A program made the position numbers and the translations under genes. Positions 8,919 to 18,524 of a stretch of 64,000 bases of DNA are shown here, piece after piece (positions within the stretch are counted from its first letter, which is position 1; each line of letters starts with the position of its first letter). The notes below the pieces were generated by a model, which saw nothing but the letters and a program-made list of their open reading frames with translations, was not told the origin of the DNA and did no database searches. Location of the stretch: the NCBI GenBank assembly GCA_038061795.1, contig JBBTYL010000003.1, positions 128,041 through 192,040 of the forward strand, in the 5' to 3' direction. This stretch comes from Patescibacteria group bacterium (lineage in GTDB: Bacteria; Patescibacteriota; Minisyncoccia; Phycocordibacterales; PALSA-1337).

Positions 8919-9236
8919 ACATATCGATAAGCCGAGTTCTGTATCTGCAATCCGCTTTTGACGGCGACTGCAGACGACAATCATTTATCTGGGAGATGGA
9001 TTGCTCCATCCCTCAAGCGGCACTCCGGCGAAGCATTGCTGCGACTCCGGCACGGCCTTGCACTGGGGTAAGGATTTTGCCGTTTCACTCCCACTAAAGG
9101 GATTCGTCACTGTTCTCACCTCGCGTCTCGCGACGGACGGGCGTTACCCGCTACCTTGCTGCTCTGTTTACACATAGCCAGTGCTCGGACTTTCCTCTAT
9201 TGGCACTTTCGCGCCAACAGCGACTGTCTGATATGT
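8919..9236 (-). ncRNA. rnpB: RNase P RNA (bacterial type), compact ~318 nt
   Basis: The minus-strand RNA contains the conserved blocks GAGGAAAGUCCGAGC (CR-I), GGGUAACGCCC, GAGUGAAACGGC, CAGAUAAAUGAUUGUC and ACAGAACUCGGCUUAU. The terminal P1 pairing is ACAUAUC...GAUAUGU. Confidence 0.9.
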
Positions 9237-9290
9237 AAGCGTATTATACCACAATTAAAAAATGTGCGCAAGAACCAGTATGCGGCTTAG

Positions 9291-10310
9291 CTAGGCCTCT
9301 GGCGCAGATTTCTCGGGCTCCGACTTCTTCTTCGCATGTGCATGAGAATCGACTTCATAGCTTGTATTCTGGGCCTCGAAAAAATTCACGAGCTCATAAA
9401 CATCCGTAGCCGTGCTCATCCACTTTGCTGGATTTGTGACATTGTAGAATTTCGGGAAGCCGAGCTCTTCCAGGCGACGGTCAGCGACATATTTCACATA
9501 TTGATTCACATAGTCCGCATTGAGTCCGAGAATTCCGTTCGGAAAAAGATCCTTGTTGTAATCGACTTCCTTATTTACTCCTTCAATCACGATATTGCGG
9601 ATATCATCGGCGAATTCCGGGGTAAGAAGCTCTGGATTTTCTTCGAGAACATTCTGGATGAGATTCATCCCGAACTGGAGATGAAGGCTCTCATCTCGTA
9701 GCACCCAATTGATCATCGATCCGAAATTGCGAAGCTGTTTTCTTTGGCGGAACGAAAGCACGACCATGAATCCGGAGTAGAACCAAACCCCTTCCATCAC
9801 GATGTTCGTTGCGACAAGGTTCCGAATGAAATCCTTCTTCCCTTCCACGGTCTCGACATCAAGAGAAACTTCAGTCATCCTCTTCATATACTTATTTATG
9901 TAGTCTTCCTTCGCTTTCATAGAAGGCACGTTGAGATGATGATCGAAGACTTTTTCCCGATCGAATGGGAAAGTTTCAAGCACATACTCGAAAGCGACGC
10001 AGTGGTTCGCTTCTTCCCACATCTGCTTCGCAAGGTAGAGATGACATTCCGGAGACTTCACATACGGATAAACTCCGAGCGCAAGCGATCGGTTCACGAT
10101 AAGCTCTGCGGGATTGAAGAAAGCCATGAGAAACTCGACGGCGTGACGCTCGTCTTCCGTCATGTTCTTCCAGTCGTCAAGGTCTTCTTTGAGAGTTATC
10201 TCGTGGGGAAACCATGTATTTCGCACAGCCTGCATATAGAGATCATACGCCCACTTATATTTTATGGGGTGCAGGCTTGTGTCTTCAGGAGCAGCTTTTC
10301 CGATAAGCAT
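9291..10310 (-). CDS. nrdB: ribonucleotide reductase class I beta subunit
   Basis: 339 aa ferritin-like R2 with di-iron ligand motifs EEANH and DESLH (ExxH x2). It lies adjacent to nrdA. Confidence 0.9.
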   Translation of the reverse strand: MLIGKAAPEDTSLHPIKYKWAYDLYMQAVRNTWFPHEITLKEDLDDWKNMTEDERHAVEFLMAFFNPAELIVNRSLALGVYPYVKSPECHLYLAKQMWEEANHCVAFEYVLETFPFDREKVFDHHLNVPSMKAKEDYINKYMKRMTEVSLDVETVEGKKDFIRNLVATNIVMEGVWFYSGFMVVLSFRQRKQLRNFGSMINWVLRDESLHLQFGMNLIQNVLEENPELLTPEFADDIRNIVIEGVNKEVDYNKDLFPNGILGLNADYVNQYVKYVADRRLEELGFPKFYNVTNPAKWMSTATDVYELVNFFEAQNTSYEVDSHAHAKKKSEPEKSAPEA

Positions 10311-10349
10311 ATGATTTTAAAAAATTAAATTGGTAATGTCGGCACCATT

Positions 10350-12995
10350 CTACTGGCACGCTTCGCACTGCGCAAGCTCTGAAGGATCGACTGGGCAAAC
10401 CTTAGGCTTTGCTTTCTTTGGAGAAATCTGGATGTTGGGATTTGAGCTTAATTGGGCCATGATGTCTTCTCGTGATGGGGTTGATGAAACAGGAACTTGG
10501 ATAATTGGTGCTTCTGCGACAGCTACAGGGACTTTTTCGATGACTGGCATCTGAACAGGGGTCTGGATTGATGGCTGAGCCTCAATAATGACTTCGTTTT
10601 CCTTCTTCATGGAGGCAACGGCGGAGAATCCTTTTTTGCCCATCTTTTCAGCCTTGTTGACCTTCGTAGTGCTCTGTTCAGCCGTATGTCGAGGCTTCAT
10701 GTGGAGATAATAAGTAGACTTAAGACCCTTCTTCCATGCTGTCGTATAGATAGACATTGTCTCATCAATATCTCGCGTTTCGAGATACATGTTTCGTGAA
10801 AGAGCCTGATCAACCCACTTCTGTGCTCGAGCTGCCACTTCGACGTATGCAAGAGACGAAGTCGTAAATGCCGTCTTGTAGATATCCTTCGTATGCTGAG
10901 GAATATGTGAGATTGAAGAAATGTCTCCTTGATTTTCAATAATCGCTTCTCGAACTTTTTCCCAGATTCCCATGTTCTTCAAATCCTTAACAAGGTTGTG
11001 ATTGATATCCATATACTTTCCTGAAATCTTGTTTCGAGAGAAGACCTGGGCGAACCGCGCGTCGATTCCTGGAGTTGTTCCCACAACAAGGCCGATGTTT
11101 GCATTCGGCGCAACTGCCATAAGCGTAGCGTTTCGCATTCCCTTCTTGACCTTCGCACGCAAGAGATCCCAGTTGAGTCCCTTATGCTTGCTTTGATTAT
11201 CGACTGTAACTGCAATGCCTCGCTCTTCAGAAAGTTTCTTGATCGTATCGATAGGAACATATCCCTTTGACCACATTGATCCGTTGAAATTCTTGTATGA
11301 TCCTCTCTCAACTGCGAGATTTGCGCTCTCGTCGATCGCCATATAGCTCACGAACTCGAAAATTCGATCTGCGAAATCCCAAGCATGCTCACTGTCGTAT
11401 GCCATGCCAAGCTGTTCTATAGTATCTGCAAATCCCATCACGCCGAGACCCATTGCCCTGTTTTCCCTATCAGACTTTGCTGCTTCTGGAATCGGAAGAA
11501 CGTTGATATCTATAAGATTGTCGAGCTGTCGAACAGCGAGTCGCACAGATTCTTCGAGACGGCCCCAATGCACCTCCTTGTTCTTGATATGAGCAGCAAG
11601 ATTGAGTGACGCAAGGTTACATACGGCAACATTTTCTTTGTCTTGAGGAAGGCAGATTTCTGTGCACAAGTTGGACATATGTATCGTACCAGTATTGTTG
11701 TTGAGGGCACGAGTATTTATGGTGTCCTTCCAGACAAGCCAAGGATGCGAAGTAGACTGGAGGGAAACAAGAATCTGGCGGTATTGCTCAGCTGCAGGAA
11801 CTTTCTTGAAAAGCCTAAGCTCTCCCCTGTCTGCTTTCTCTATATAGTATGCATATCGGACGCTGAATTCCTGGCCATAAAGCTCATTCAAATCAGCTGT
11901 TTCTGCAGGATCGAACATGTACCAATCCTTGCCAGCTTCAACGCGCTTCATGAATTCGTCAGACAAGAAAGCGGCAGTATTGGCTGTTCTCATTCGGACA
12001 TAGTCGTCTCCCGCATTGTGTTTCCAGTCGAGAAATTCAGGAAAATCGATGTGCCAATTCTCCATATAGAAGCAGAGTGCGCCGACTTTCTTTCCTCCTC
12101 GCTGTACGGCACGGATAGATGTGTCGAGAATCTTAGCGAAAGGAGTCGGACCGCTTGAAGTTCCACCGAAGCTTGATTTCAAAGGAGAGCCTGTTGCTCT
12201 AAGCTTCGTGATGGATGCGCCGATTCCTCCAGAGCCCTTGGAGAGAAGAATAACGTCTGAAACCGACTTCGCAATATGTCCCATGTCATCATGAATCTCC
12301 AAAAGATAACAGTTAGAGAGCGCTGGACGAGTAGTTCCCGCCCCGAGATTCGTAGAACCCCCGGCAATGTACTGGTGTCGAGACATCTTGTCATAAAATT
12401 TCTTTGCGTATTCTGTAGGATTATTCTCATGATATGAAAGTCCCATGGCAACTCGCATAAAAAAATATTGCGGGGTCTCAACAGTCTCTTGCCTGTCATC
12501 CTTCATGAAGTATCTATTGAGAATTCCGTCGAGGCCAGCGTAACCGAAGAGTTCATCACGCTCGATAGCGAGAGAATCAGCAAGCTGCTCCAAATTGAAC
12601 TTGCGTCCCATGTCTGGGTGAAGTCTCTTGTTCTCTACTCCAGTCCTTATATATGTGACAAAACCGTCTCGGTGCTTTTTTTTGAGATCCGCGGGATTTT
12701 CTTTGTCATATTCGCCAATAGCTTTTCGGTAAATGGTCTTGAGAAGAAGCCTGGTAGCGACTTTGTCGTACTGGATGTCCTCCTTTATGTTCTGAACGGC
12801 TGCATTGATTGTCGCCTGGTCGAGCTCATCGGTCGTGATGCCGTCATAGAGAGTCAGCCGAGTCTCAGTGGCTATCTGAGTCACCATAGCAATCGGATCG
12901 ATGAGTCCAGCGCACGCGCGCTCTATGGAACGATTCACTCGGTCGGCATTATGGGGCTCTCTGGTTCCGTCGGCTTTGGTGATTGTTATGCTCAT
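10350..12995 (-). CDS. nrdA: ribonucleotide reductase class I alpha subunit
   Basis: 881 aa with an N-terminal ATP-cone-like segment (ITKADGTREPHNADRVNRSIERA) and the active-site SNLCTEI. The C-terminal tail ends in CEAC. Confidence 0.92.
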   Translation of the reverse strand: MSITITKADGTREPHNADRVNRSIERACAGLIDPIAMVTQIATETRLTLYDGITTDELDQATINAAVQNIKEDIQYDKVATRLLLKTIYRKAIGEYDKENPADLKKKHRDGFVTYIRTGVENKRLHPDMGRKFNLEQLADSLAIERDELFGYAGLDGILNRYFMKDDRQETVETPQYFFMRVAMGLSYHENNPTEYAKKFYDKMSRHQYIAGGSTNLGAGTTRPALSNCYLLEIHDDMGHIAKSVSDVILLSKGSGGIGASITKLRATGSPLKSSFGGTSSGPTPFAKILDTSIRAVQRGGKKVGALCFYMENWHIDFPEFLDWKHNAGDDYVRMRTANTAAFLSDEFMKRVEAGKDWYMFDPAETADLNELYGQEFSVRYAYYIEKADRGELRLFKKVPAAEQYRQILVSLQSTSHPWLVWKDTINTRALNNNTGTIHMSNLCTEICLPQDKENVAVCNLASLNLAAHIKNKEVHWGRLEESVRLAVRQLDNLIDINVLPIPEAAKSDRENRAMGLGVMGFADTIEQLGMAYDSEHAWDFADRIFEFVSYMAIDESANLAVERGSYKNFNGSMWSKGYVPIDTIKKLSEERGIAVTVDNQSKHKGLNWDLLRAKVKKGMRNATLMAVAPNANIGLVVGTTPGIDARFAQVFSRNKISGKYMDINHNLVKDLKNMGIWEKVREAIIENQGDISSISHIPQHTKDIYKTAFTTSSLAYVEVAARAQKWVDQALSRNMYLETRDIDETMSIYTTAWKKGLKSTYYLHMKPRHTAEQSTTKVNKAEKMGKKGFSAVASMKKENEVIIEAQPSIQTPVQMPVIEKVPVAVAEAPIIQVPVSSTPSREDIMAQLSSNPNIQISPKKAKPKVCPVDPSELAQCEACQ

Positions 12996-13130
12996 GAGTT
13001 GGCGAATTGATTAAGCTGATAAGTAAGGGTTATTTTACCTTAAAAAAAATATAAAGACTGGGGATAAATCTGTAAATTTATTAATAAGAGACAGAAACAG
13101 AAAATTGTAAATGGTTTTTCGTATTTTTCC

Positions 13131-13598
13131 TTACTTTTGACCCATTATCTTGCCGAAATTGAGAAATTTTCCTGTCACGAGAGCATTTTTTTGAGCGAAA
13201 CCGGAGTTTGCTTCAAGAATATAGAGGGTTTTTTCCGGTGGGAAGAAAACTTTCGGGTAAGAATCGGGGGAAACGTCCTTTTCCACGTGGACAATCTTGC
13301 CCTTATCATCAAGCCAGAAGATGTCGATCGGGAATTTCATGTCCTTCATCCAGATGCCGTACTTATCGGGATCATCAAATACGAAAAGCATCGCAGAATC
13401 AGCGGGCAAAGAGTCCGTGCCTCCAAGTCCTCTAGTTCTGCTTTCAGAAGTCGCGACTACTGTCAGTTCGATCTTTTTTTCTGGAAGGATCAAATACGCT
13501 TTTTCATCATAAATGCTGGTATTTGAATTGGAAAATATGGATACCCCTCCGATGAGGATGCTTCCGGCAAGGGCGAAAAAGAGAATCCTGGACGGCAT
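13131..13598 (-). CDS. DUF192 domain protein (secreted or membrane-anchored)
   Basis: DUF192-like core YGIWMKDMKFPIDIFWLDDKGKIVHV. The start is taken at MPSRILFFALAG (signal anchor), which removes the overlap with the upstream gene. Confidence 0.7.
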   Translation of the reverse strand: MPSRILFFALAGSILIGGVSIFSNSNTSIYDEKAYLILPEKKIELTVVATSESRTRGLGGTDSLPADSAMLFVFDDPDKYGIWMKDMKFPIDIFWLDDKGKIVHVEKDVSPDSYPKVFFPPEKTLYILEANSGFAQKNALVTGKFLNFGKIMGQK

Positions 13599-13599
13599 A

Positions 13600-14052
13600 T
13601 CATTTATTCCTATGGAACGGGTGCAGATGGGCAGCAACGCCCATCGCGAGAGCGACGATTACGAGATTCTTGATGATATACTGCCCCTCGAGAGTCGGGA
13701 CAAGAATGCTCTGCCATGTCATGGCTGGTAAAAAGATGAGCGGAAGCGTCGTCATGACCATGTGCGGGATAAGCAGCGCTATAGCGAAGCGTGCGAGGCG
13801 AGGAATAAGGAATGATATTCCTATAAGCATTTCATAGATAGCGAAAATGATGATGAACGTCCCCCACTCCATAAATGGCAAAGTTGCTTCCATGAGATCC
13901 ATGACCATCGGACCTGCTGGACTCAATCCGAGGATTTTCAATATGCCGAACCAGAAGAAGACAATGAAAAGCGCGACACGAGCGGCAGGCATGCTTAATT
14001 TTCTCAAGAGGTGTATGAACCAGCTGTCGAATTGTTCAAAGTAGCGCCTCAT
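13600..14052 (-). CDS. DoxX/YkgB-like small integral membrane protein
   Basis: 150 aa with 4 predicted TM helices. The family assignment is by general resemblance only. Confidence 0.45.
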   Translation of the reverse strand: MRRYFEQFDSWFIHLLRKLSMPAARVALFIVFFWFGILKILGLSPAGPMVMDLMEATLPFMEWGTFIIIFAIYEMLIGISFLIPRLARFAIALLIPHMVMTTLPLIFLPAMTWQSILVPTLEGQYIIKNLVIVALAMGVAAHLHPFHRNK

Positions 14053-14089
14053 GTGGATATGCTAATAGTATATATGATATCATACGGAC

Positions 14090-14623
14090 ATGAAAATCGC
14101 TTTTGTAGGGCCGGCCGCAGTCGGAAAGGATGTGGCATCGGATTATATTGCAAAAAAATTCAATTTGGCGCATATCCCTACTGGCGATATCGTCCGAGAA
14201 TACATGACGAAAAATAATTTGGGTGAGCTTGATCGAGCCAATGTGAGGATCATTGCAAAAAAGATGCGCGACGAGCAGGGCGGCGATATTTTCGTCAGAA
14301 TTGCCCTTAAAGACAATCCTGACGATGTCGTGCTTAGCGGATTGAGAGCGGTGGATGAGATTTATACGCTCAAGAAGCTTGGCGGAAAAGTGATTGCTCT
14401 CGACGCTCCAACAGAAAAGAGGTTCGAATGGGCGAAAATCAGGGGTAGAATCGGTGACCATATATCATTTGAGGAATTCAAGGCAATCGAAAAAAAAGAA
14501 TATGAGAATAAGGACAAGAATGGCCAGAATGTGGCCCGCGTCATGGCTTTGGCGGACTTTCAAGTAATGAATGATTCTGATCTAGAGAGCCTGTTCAAAA
14601 AACTAGACACTTTGAATCTTTAG
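14090..14623 (+). CDS. P-loop nucleotide kinase, UPF0200-like (dephospho-CoA-kinase-like family mostly seen in archaea)
   Basis: Walker A GPAAVGKD, then GDIVRE, GLRAVDEI, RFEWAKIRGRIGD and ALADFQVMND, which track the UPF0200 pattern. An extended -10 TGATATCAT lies 6 nt upstream of the ATG. Confidence 0.6.
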   Translation: MKIAFVGPAAVGKDVASDYIAKKFNLAHIPTGDIVREYMTKNNLGELDRANVRIIAKKMRDEQGGDIFVRIALKDNPDDVVLSGLRAVDEIYTLKKLGGKVIALDAPTEKRFEWAKIRGRIGDHISFEEFKAIEKKEYENKDKNGQNVARVMALADFQVMNDSDLESLFKKLDTLNL

Positions 14624-14624
14624 C

Positions 14625-17600
14625 TTATTCCGAAGAAGTTTCTTCCACTACCTCGGTCGTCGTTTCAGTAGGCGTCTCTTCAATACCTTCTTCTGTTGCC
14701 GGTTCCTCAACGGGTTCTTCTTCAACAACATCAATTTCTTCTATATTATTGTCTTCCACCGGCGTAGTCTGTTCCGATACCTCCTGAGTACTAGAAGCAA
14801 CACTATCATCTGCAGTACCCGCCTCAGTTTCATGTTCTGTATCTGTCTCACCAACATCATCTGTTGAAGTCGAAACGGTTGTTGATGATTCTGGTATTGT
14901 GGTTGGCGTAGAGGTAGAAACTATATCATCATGAATAGTGTCCTGTTCGTCAGATTCCTCCGTCTCATCATCTGATACAGATTCCTGGTGAACGGTACCA
15001 CCGGCATCTAGAAGTAGAGCCTTAAATTGATCCTTGGTCACGCACACATCATCGACACAAATATCATTCTGAACATTGAATGTCCCGTCAACGAACCAAG
15101 CAAGTACTTTATTGATTTTTGCCACTAGCTCCTTCACCGCCTTGACCAAGATGGAAATGATGGCACGGTCATCGATACCAGAAAGGTCTCCGTCTGCATT
15201 GTAAGTGACGAGACGAGCGTCGATACCTTCTACTTCATCGGCAATGAAACCGTATCGAAGTCGCTGGTCTCCATCATTGTAGACAAATGATGTCGGCATG
15301 AGACCGTTGACGACTGACAGGGCGTCTAGAGACAAAGTTTCGATGTCGTGCTTGGTCTCGCGGAGAGATGGGAGACATGCGTCAGAACCAGAGTTGTATA
15401 CTAGTTCGTTGTTCGAGGAGAGACAGACTGATCCTGCTCCGGTGGAGCCGGTGAGGCCATCGAATCCAGCCGTGCCAGTAACTGAAAACTTGCGCCACGG
15501 CGATGTAGTACCAACACCGACATTTCCCCCTCCATTGAAGATGGCGTCGTAGTTGTTGGTGCCTCCGGTCACTGAGGATATGTACAGGCCTATGTTGTTA
15601 GCCGATGTTCCAGACCATGAGCCGGTGGAGACGATCTCTATGCCAGACTTGTTGATGAAAGACGTGGTTGATGTGGCGGTATTTGATACCTTGATGCCAC
15701 TGAAGGCTGAAGTTTTGACATCGGAGTCAGCTGGCAGTGAAATGTCCAGGATATGAGACGGAGTAATGTCATTGATGCCTATGAGTCCTAGGCCAGAGAT
15801 GAAAAGACGCGACAGTGAGGCTGATCCAGAGTTGGTCTCGAAGCTTATGGGGCGGTAGACTGCATTCCCTGAGGTGCTCGTGAACTTCGCTCCACCGTTC
15901 GATCCTGTGGCGCTGATGTTGAAGGAAGATTGGCCAGTCTTGGTTATGAGGAGAGACGGGTCGCTTGTGTTGCTTATCTGTATGTCCTTAGCGAAGGTGC
16001 TAGCTACGGTTGTAGATGTAGCAGTGAACGAACCTGCCAGAGCGTTCGTGCCTAGGTCGGAAGACCCGTTGACTGACAATGCTCTCCAGGGGGAGGTGGT
16101 GCCGATACCGATGTTGCCGGCGACTGGGACGCTTGAGACAGAAGCACCATTATAAACACCAGTACCATATATGAGATTACCGATATTTAATTGTTGGCTA
16201 CCGGTTACAGAAGGTGCTTCTATGTTTTGGCCAATGACGATATTGTAGCCTCCTGTGGTTATTCCATATCCAGCCTGATAGCCGAGAAGTGTGTTGTAAT
16301 TACTACCAGTACTTGCACTATATCCTGCTTGATAGCCAGCATATACGCCTCCTTGATTAGAATATGGTGTCACTCCACCCGACCCAGCGTTATATCCGAT
16401 TGCCACAGTATTAGTCGCGGAAGTGTTGTACGCGAGCGCATACATACCAACCGCTGAATTGTATGACCCAGTCTTATTGCTTCCAAGTGCCCAATGTCCA
16501 ATAGCAGAGTTGCGCGATCCAGTCGTATTTTCATAATTGGAATAATATCCGACCGACGAATTGTAATTACCTGAACTGTTCCTATATAGGCTTGAGTGAC
16601 CGATTCCGGTATTTTGTGTGCCAGTCGTACTGTACAACGATGCATAACCAAGCCCAGTATTACCGACACCGCTAACATTGAGTTGCAATGACTGTGCTCC
16701 GACGGCGGTATTATGAGTTCCTGTCTGCAATGTAGATGCCGCCCCATGTCCTATCGCCGTATTGTATCCACCAGTAGTTAGTGCCCTCAATGAATCAAAT
16801 CCTGTACCAACATTGTATGATCCAGATGCAGCAATATTCCAGCTGGGATTACCGACAAATAGATTTGATAGGGTTGTCGTACCAAACACATATCCAGCAT
16901 CGATTATATCCTTCGTAGCCAGATTGCTTATCGGCTTATCAATCGATGGAGCAAGCGAATCAATCAAAGTGGCTAGTCCTCTAGCTATGACATCATACCC
17001 AGTCGAATTTAGATGGAGTGTATCGTATCGTAGCGATGTCGGTGGTGTTCCGGCGCTACAGTTTGTCTGATCCGCCGTAGTTGACGCATACCATCCTGTA
17101 GTATTCGATGGTCCAATTGGATTACAAGTGGATAACAGCCATTCCATCGTATCAAAATAATTATCACCGTAAGTAGATGACAAAGTACTATTGATTGAAG
17201 CGATGTTGTCATATGTTCCAGTTCCTGAGCCTTCAGTTAGGCCAGTAATCACACCCATGACTATAAAGTACCTTGGTTGCGTCATGAGTGAGACCATCGA
17301 AGCAATGTTCGCTATCACTGTCGCTGGCGAACTATTGTCATTACGGCCAGACCATATGACCTCAAAATCATTCTGCCTGTTGGTAGCTTTCACGAATCTT
17401 GCAAGTATATTAGTGCTTGACTCTCCACCAACACCGCCATTGAATGTAATATATTCCCTGCTCGTGTAATTGTTTATCGTGTATGTCCACGGATTTCCGC
17501 CACTACCGCTCGTCAAACTGTCTCCCCACGCCGATATCCTAAACGACGACGATACGCTCGATGATGTAGCATACTGTGCATAAAGATTTCCGGAAACAGT

Positions 17601-18524
17601 AAGATTTGTCGTCGATGCATTCGTAAACATCTGCAACCCGGTAAACGTATTAGCGGAATACAGCTTCGGTATAGTCGTCGAAGCATTGATGTAGCTGTTC
17701 ACTCTAGCATCAGTGTAATAGAGGTTCGAACCTTCAGAGACATTGGTAGTGAGGAGACCGAGAGAGGAGGTGGAAATGCCAGAGAGAGTCGTGCCGTTTG
17801 CAGCATAGTAGGCGAGCTGGTTGGCAGTGCCGCTATTGATGGTGCCAGAACCACCAGCACTGATACCCAACGATGATGTAGCCACCAGGTCATAGCCTCC
17901 CAGAGCATTGCCGAGGAGGACTTCACCGTAGGCTGGAGCAGTAGATGTACCTGTACCACCGTTGCTGATTGCTAGATCTGTACCAGACCAGTTGGAGTCA
18001 TTGACTGACGAAGCAGTAGCTAGAGTACCTAGACCAGATATGCTAGAGGTATCTAGGTCATCTACGGAATTGCCAATACTGGTGAATACACGATCAGTCT
18101 GTATAGATGACTTGGTCTTGAAGGCTTCGAGCTCGGAGCGGAGGGATGATATGAGGGAGAGGAGGTAGTCTGCTGAAGCTTCTGGGGGATTGGGTGTTGC
18201 CTGTTCCCTGATGATGGTCTCGACTATCCTGACTGGAGCTGAAGTCTGAGGGTTGAAATCGGATACGGGAACCAAGGGAGCTTCAGGAGCAGGGCTAGCT
18301 ATGACAATATCCTCCTTGCACATGTCAGTGCTAAGGGACAGGAGCGAGGTCAGAGAACAGACGAACCCCTTCCAGCCGTCTGAAGCAGAGGCAGTCTGCC
18401 ATCCCCATGCAGTGGAAAAGGCGTAGGAGCTCTGGGGTGGCATGCTGCTGAAGACCACAGCCAAGAAAAGCGCCGCCACAAGCATTGCTCCAGCCCTGCG
18501 GAGCCGTTTTTTCAGGAAATCCAT
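14625..18524 (-). CDS. giant secreted surface protein: tail-fibre-like N-region, SGNH/GDSL hydrolase, YadA-head-like repeats, peptidase S74 intramolecular-chaperone domain, acidic tail
   Basis: 1299 aa. The signal peptide ends in SSYA. A GDSL block AWGDSLTSG (~17515-17535) and a DTLHLN catalytic-His block (~17010-17030) mark the hydrolase. NTAIGxxA/NSAVG repeats span ~16180-16790. S74 signature SLRETKHDIETL...YGFIADEV (~15090-15380). The D/E/T-rich tail is at 14628-15000. Confidence 0.85.
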   Translation of the reverse strand: MDFLKKRLRRAGAMLVAALFLAVVFSSMPPQSSYAFSTAWGWQTASASDGWKGFVCSLTSLLSLSTDMCKEDIVIASPAPEAPLVPVSDFNPQTSAPVRIVETIIREQATPNPPEASADYLLSLISSLRSELEAFKTKSSIQTDRVFTSIGNSVDDLDTSSISGLGTLATASSVNDSNWSGTDLAISNGGTGTSTAPAYGEVLLGNALGGYDLVATSSLGISAGGSGTINSGTANQLAYYAANGTTLSGISTSSLGLLTTNVSEGSNLYYTDARVNSYINASTTIPKLYSANTFTGLQMFTNASTTNLTVSGNLYAQYATSSSVSSSFRISAWGDSLTSGSGGNPWTYTINNYTSREYITFNGGVGGESSTNILARFVKATNRQNDFEVIWSGRNDNSSPATVIANIASMVSLMTQPRYFIVMGVITGLTEGSGTGTYDNIASINSTLSSTYGDNYFDTMEWLLSTCNPIGPSNTTGWYASTTADQTNCSAGTPPTSLRYDTLHLNSTGYDVIARGLATLIDSLAPSIDKPISNLATKDIIDAGYVFGTTTLSNLFVGNPSWNIAASGSYNVGTGFDSLRALTTGGYNTAIGHGAASTLQTGTHNTAVGAQSLQLNVSGVGNTGLGYASLYSTTGTQNTGIGHSSLYRNSSGNYNSSVGYYSNYENTTGSRNSAIGHWALGSNKTGSYNSAVGMYALAYNTSATNTVAIGYNAGSGGVTPYSNQGGVYAGYQAGYSASTGSNYNTLLGYQAGYGITTGGYNIVIGQNIEAPSVTGSQQLNIGNLIYGTGVYNGASVSSVPVAGNIGIGTTSPWRALSVNGSSDLGTNALAGSFTATSTTVASTFAKDIQISNTSDPSLLITKTGQSSFNISATGSNGGAKFTSTSGNAVYRPISFETNSGSASLSRLFISGLGLIGINDITPSHILDISLPADSDVKTSAFSGIKVSNTATSTTSFINKSGIEIVSTGSWSGTSANNIGLYISSVTGGTNNYDAIFNGGGNVGVGTTSPWRKFSVTGTAGFDGLTGSTGAGSVCLSSNNELVYNSGSDACLPSLRETKHDIETLSLDALSVVNGLMPTSFVYNDGDQRLRYGFIADEVEGIDARLVTYNADGDLSGIDDRAIISILVKAVKELVAKINKVLAWFVDGTFNVQNDICVDDVCVTKDQFKALLLDAGGTVHQESVSDDETEESDEQDTIHDDIVSTSTPTTIPESSTTVSTSTDDVGETDTEHETEAGTADDSVASSTQEVSEQTTPVEDNNIEEIDVVEEEPVEEPATEEGIEETPTETTTEVVEETSSE

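Noticed and set aside
12996-13130. NrdR boxes or a cobalamin riboswitch upstream of nrdA
   Set aside because: I could not find a convincing pair of 16-bp NrdR-type palindromes or B12-box sequence by eye. A computational motif scan would be needed.
15298-18168. Plus-strand ORFs (67-102 aa) antisense to the 1299-aa gene
   Set aside because: The same reasoning applies. They are by-products of low-complexity Gly/Ser/Thr/Asn coding on the opposite strand.
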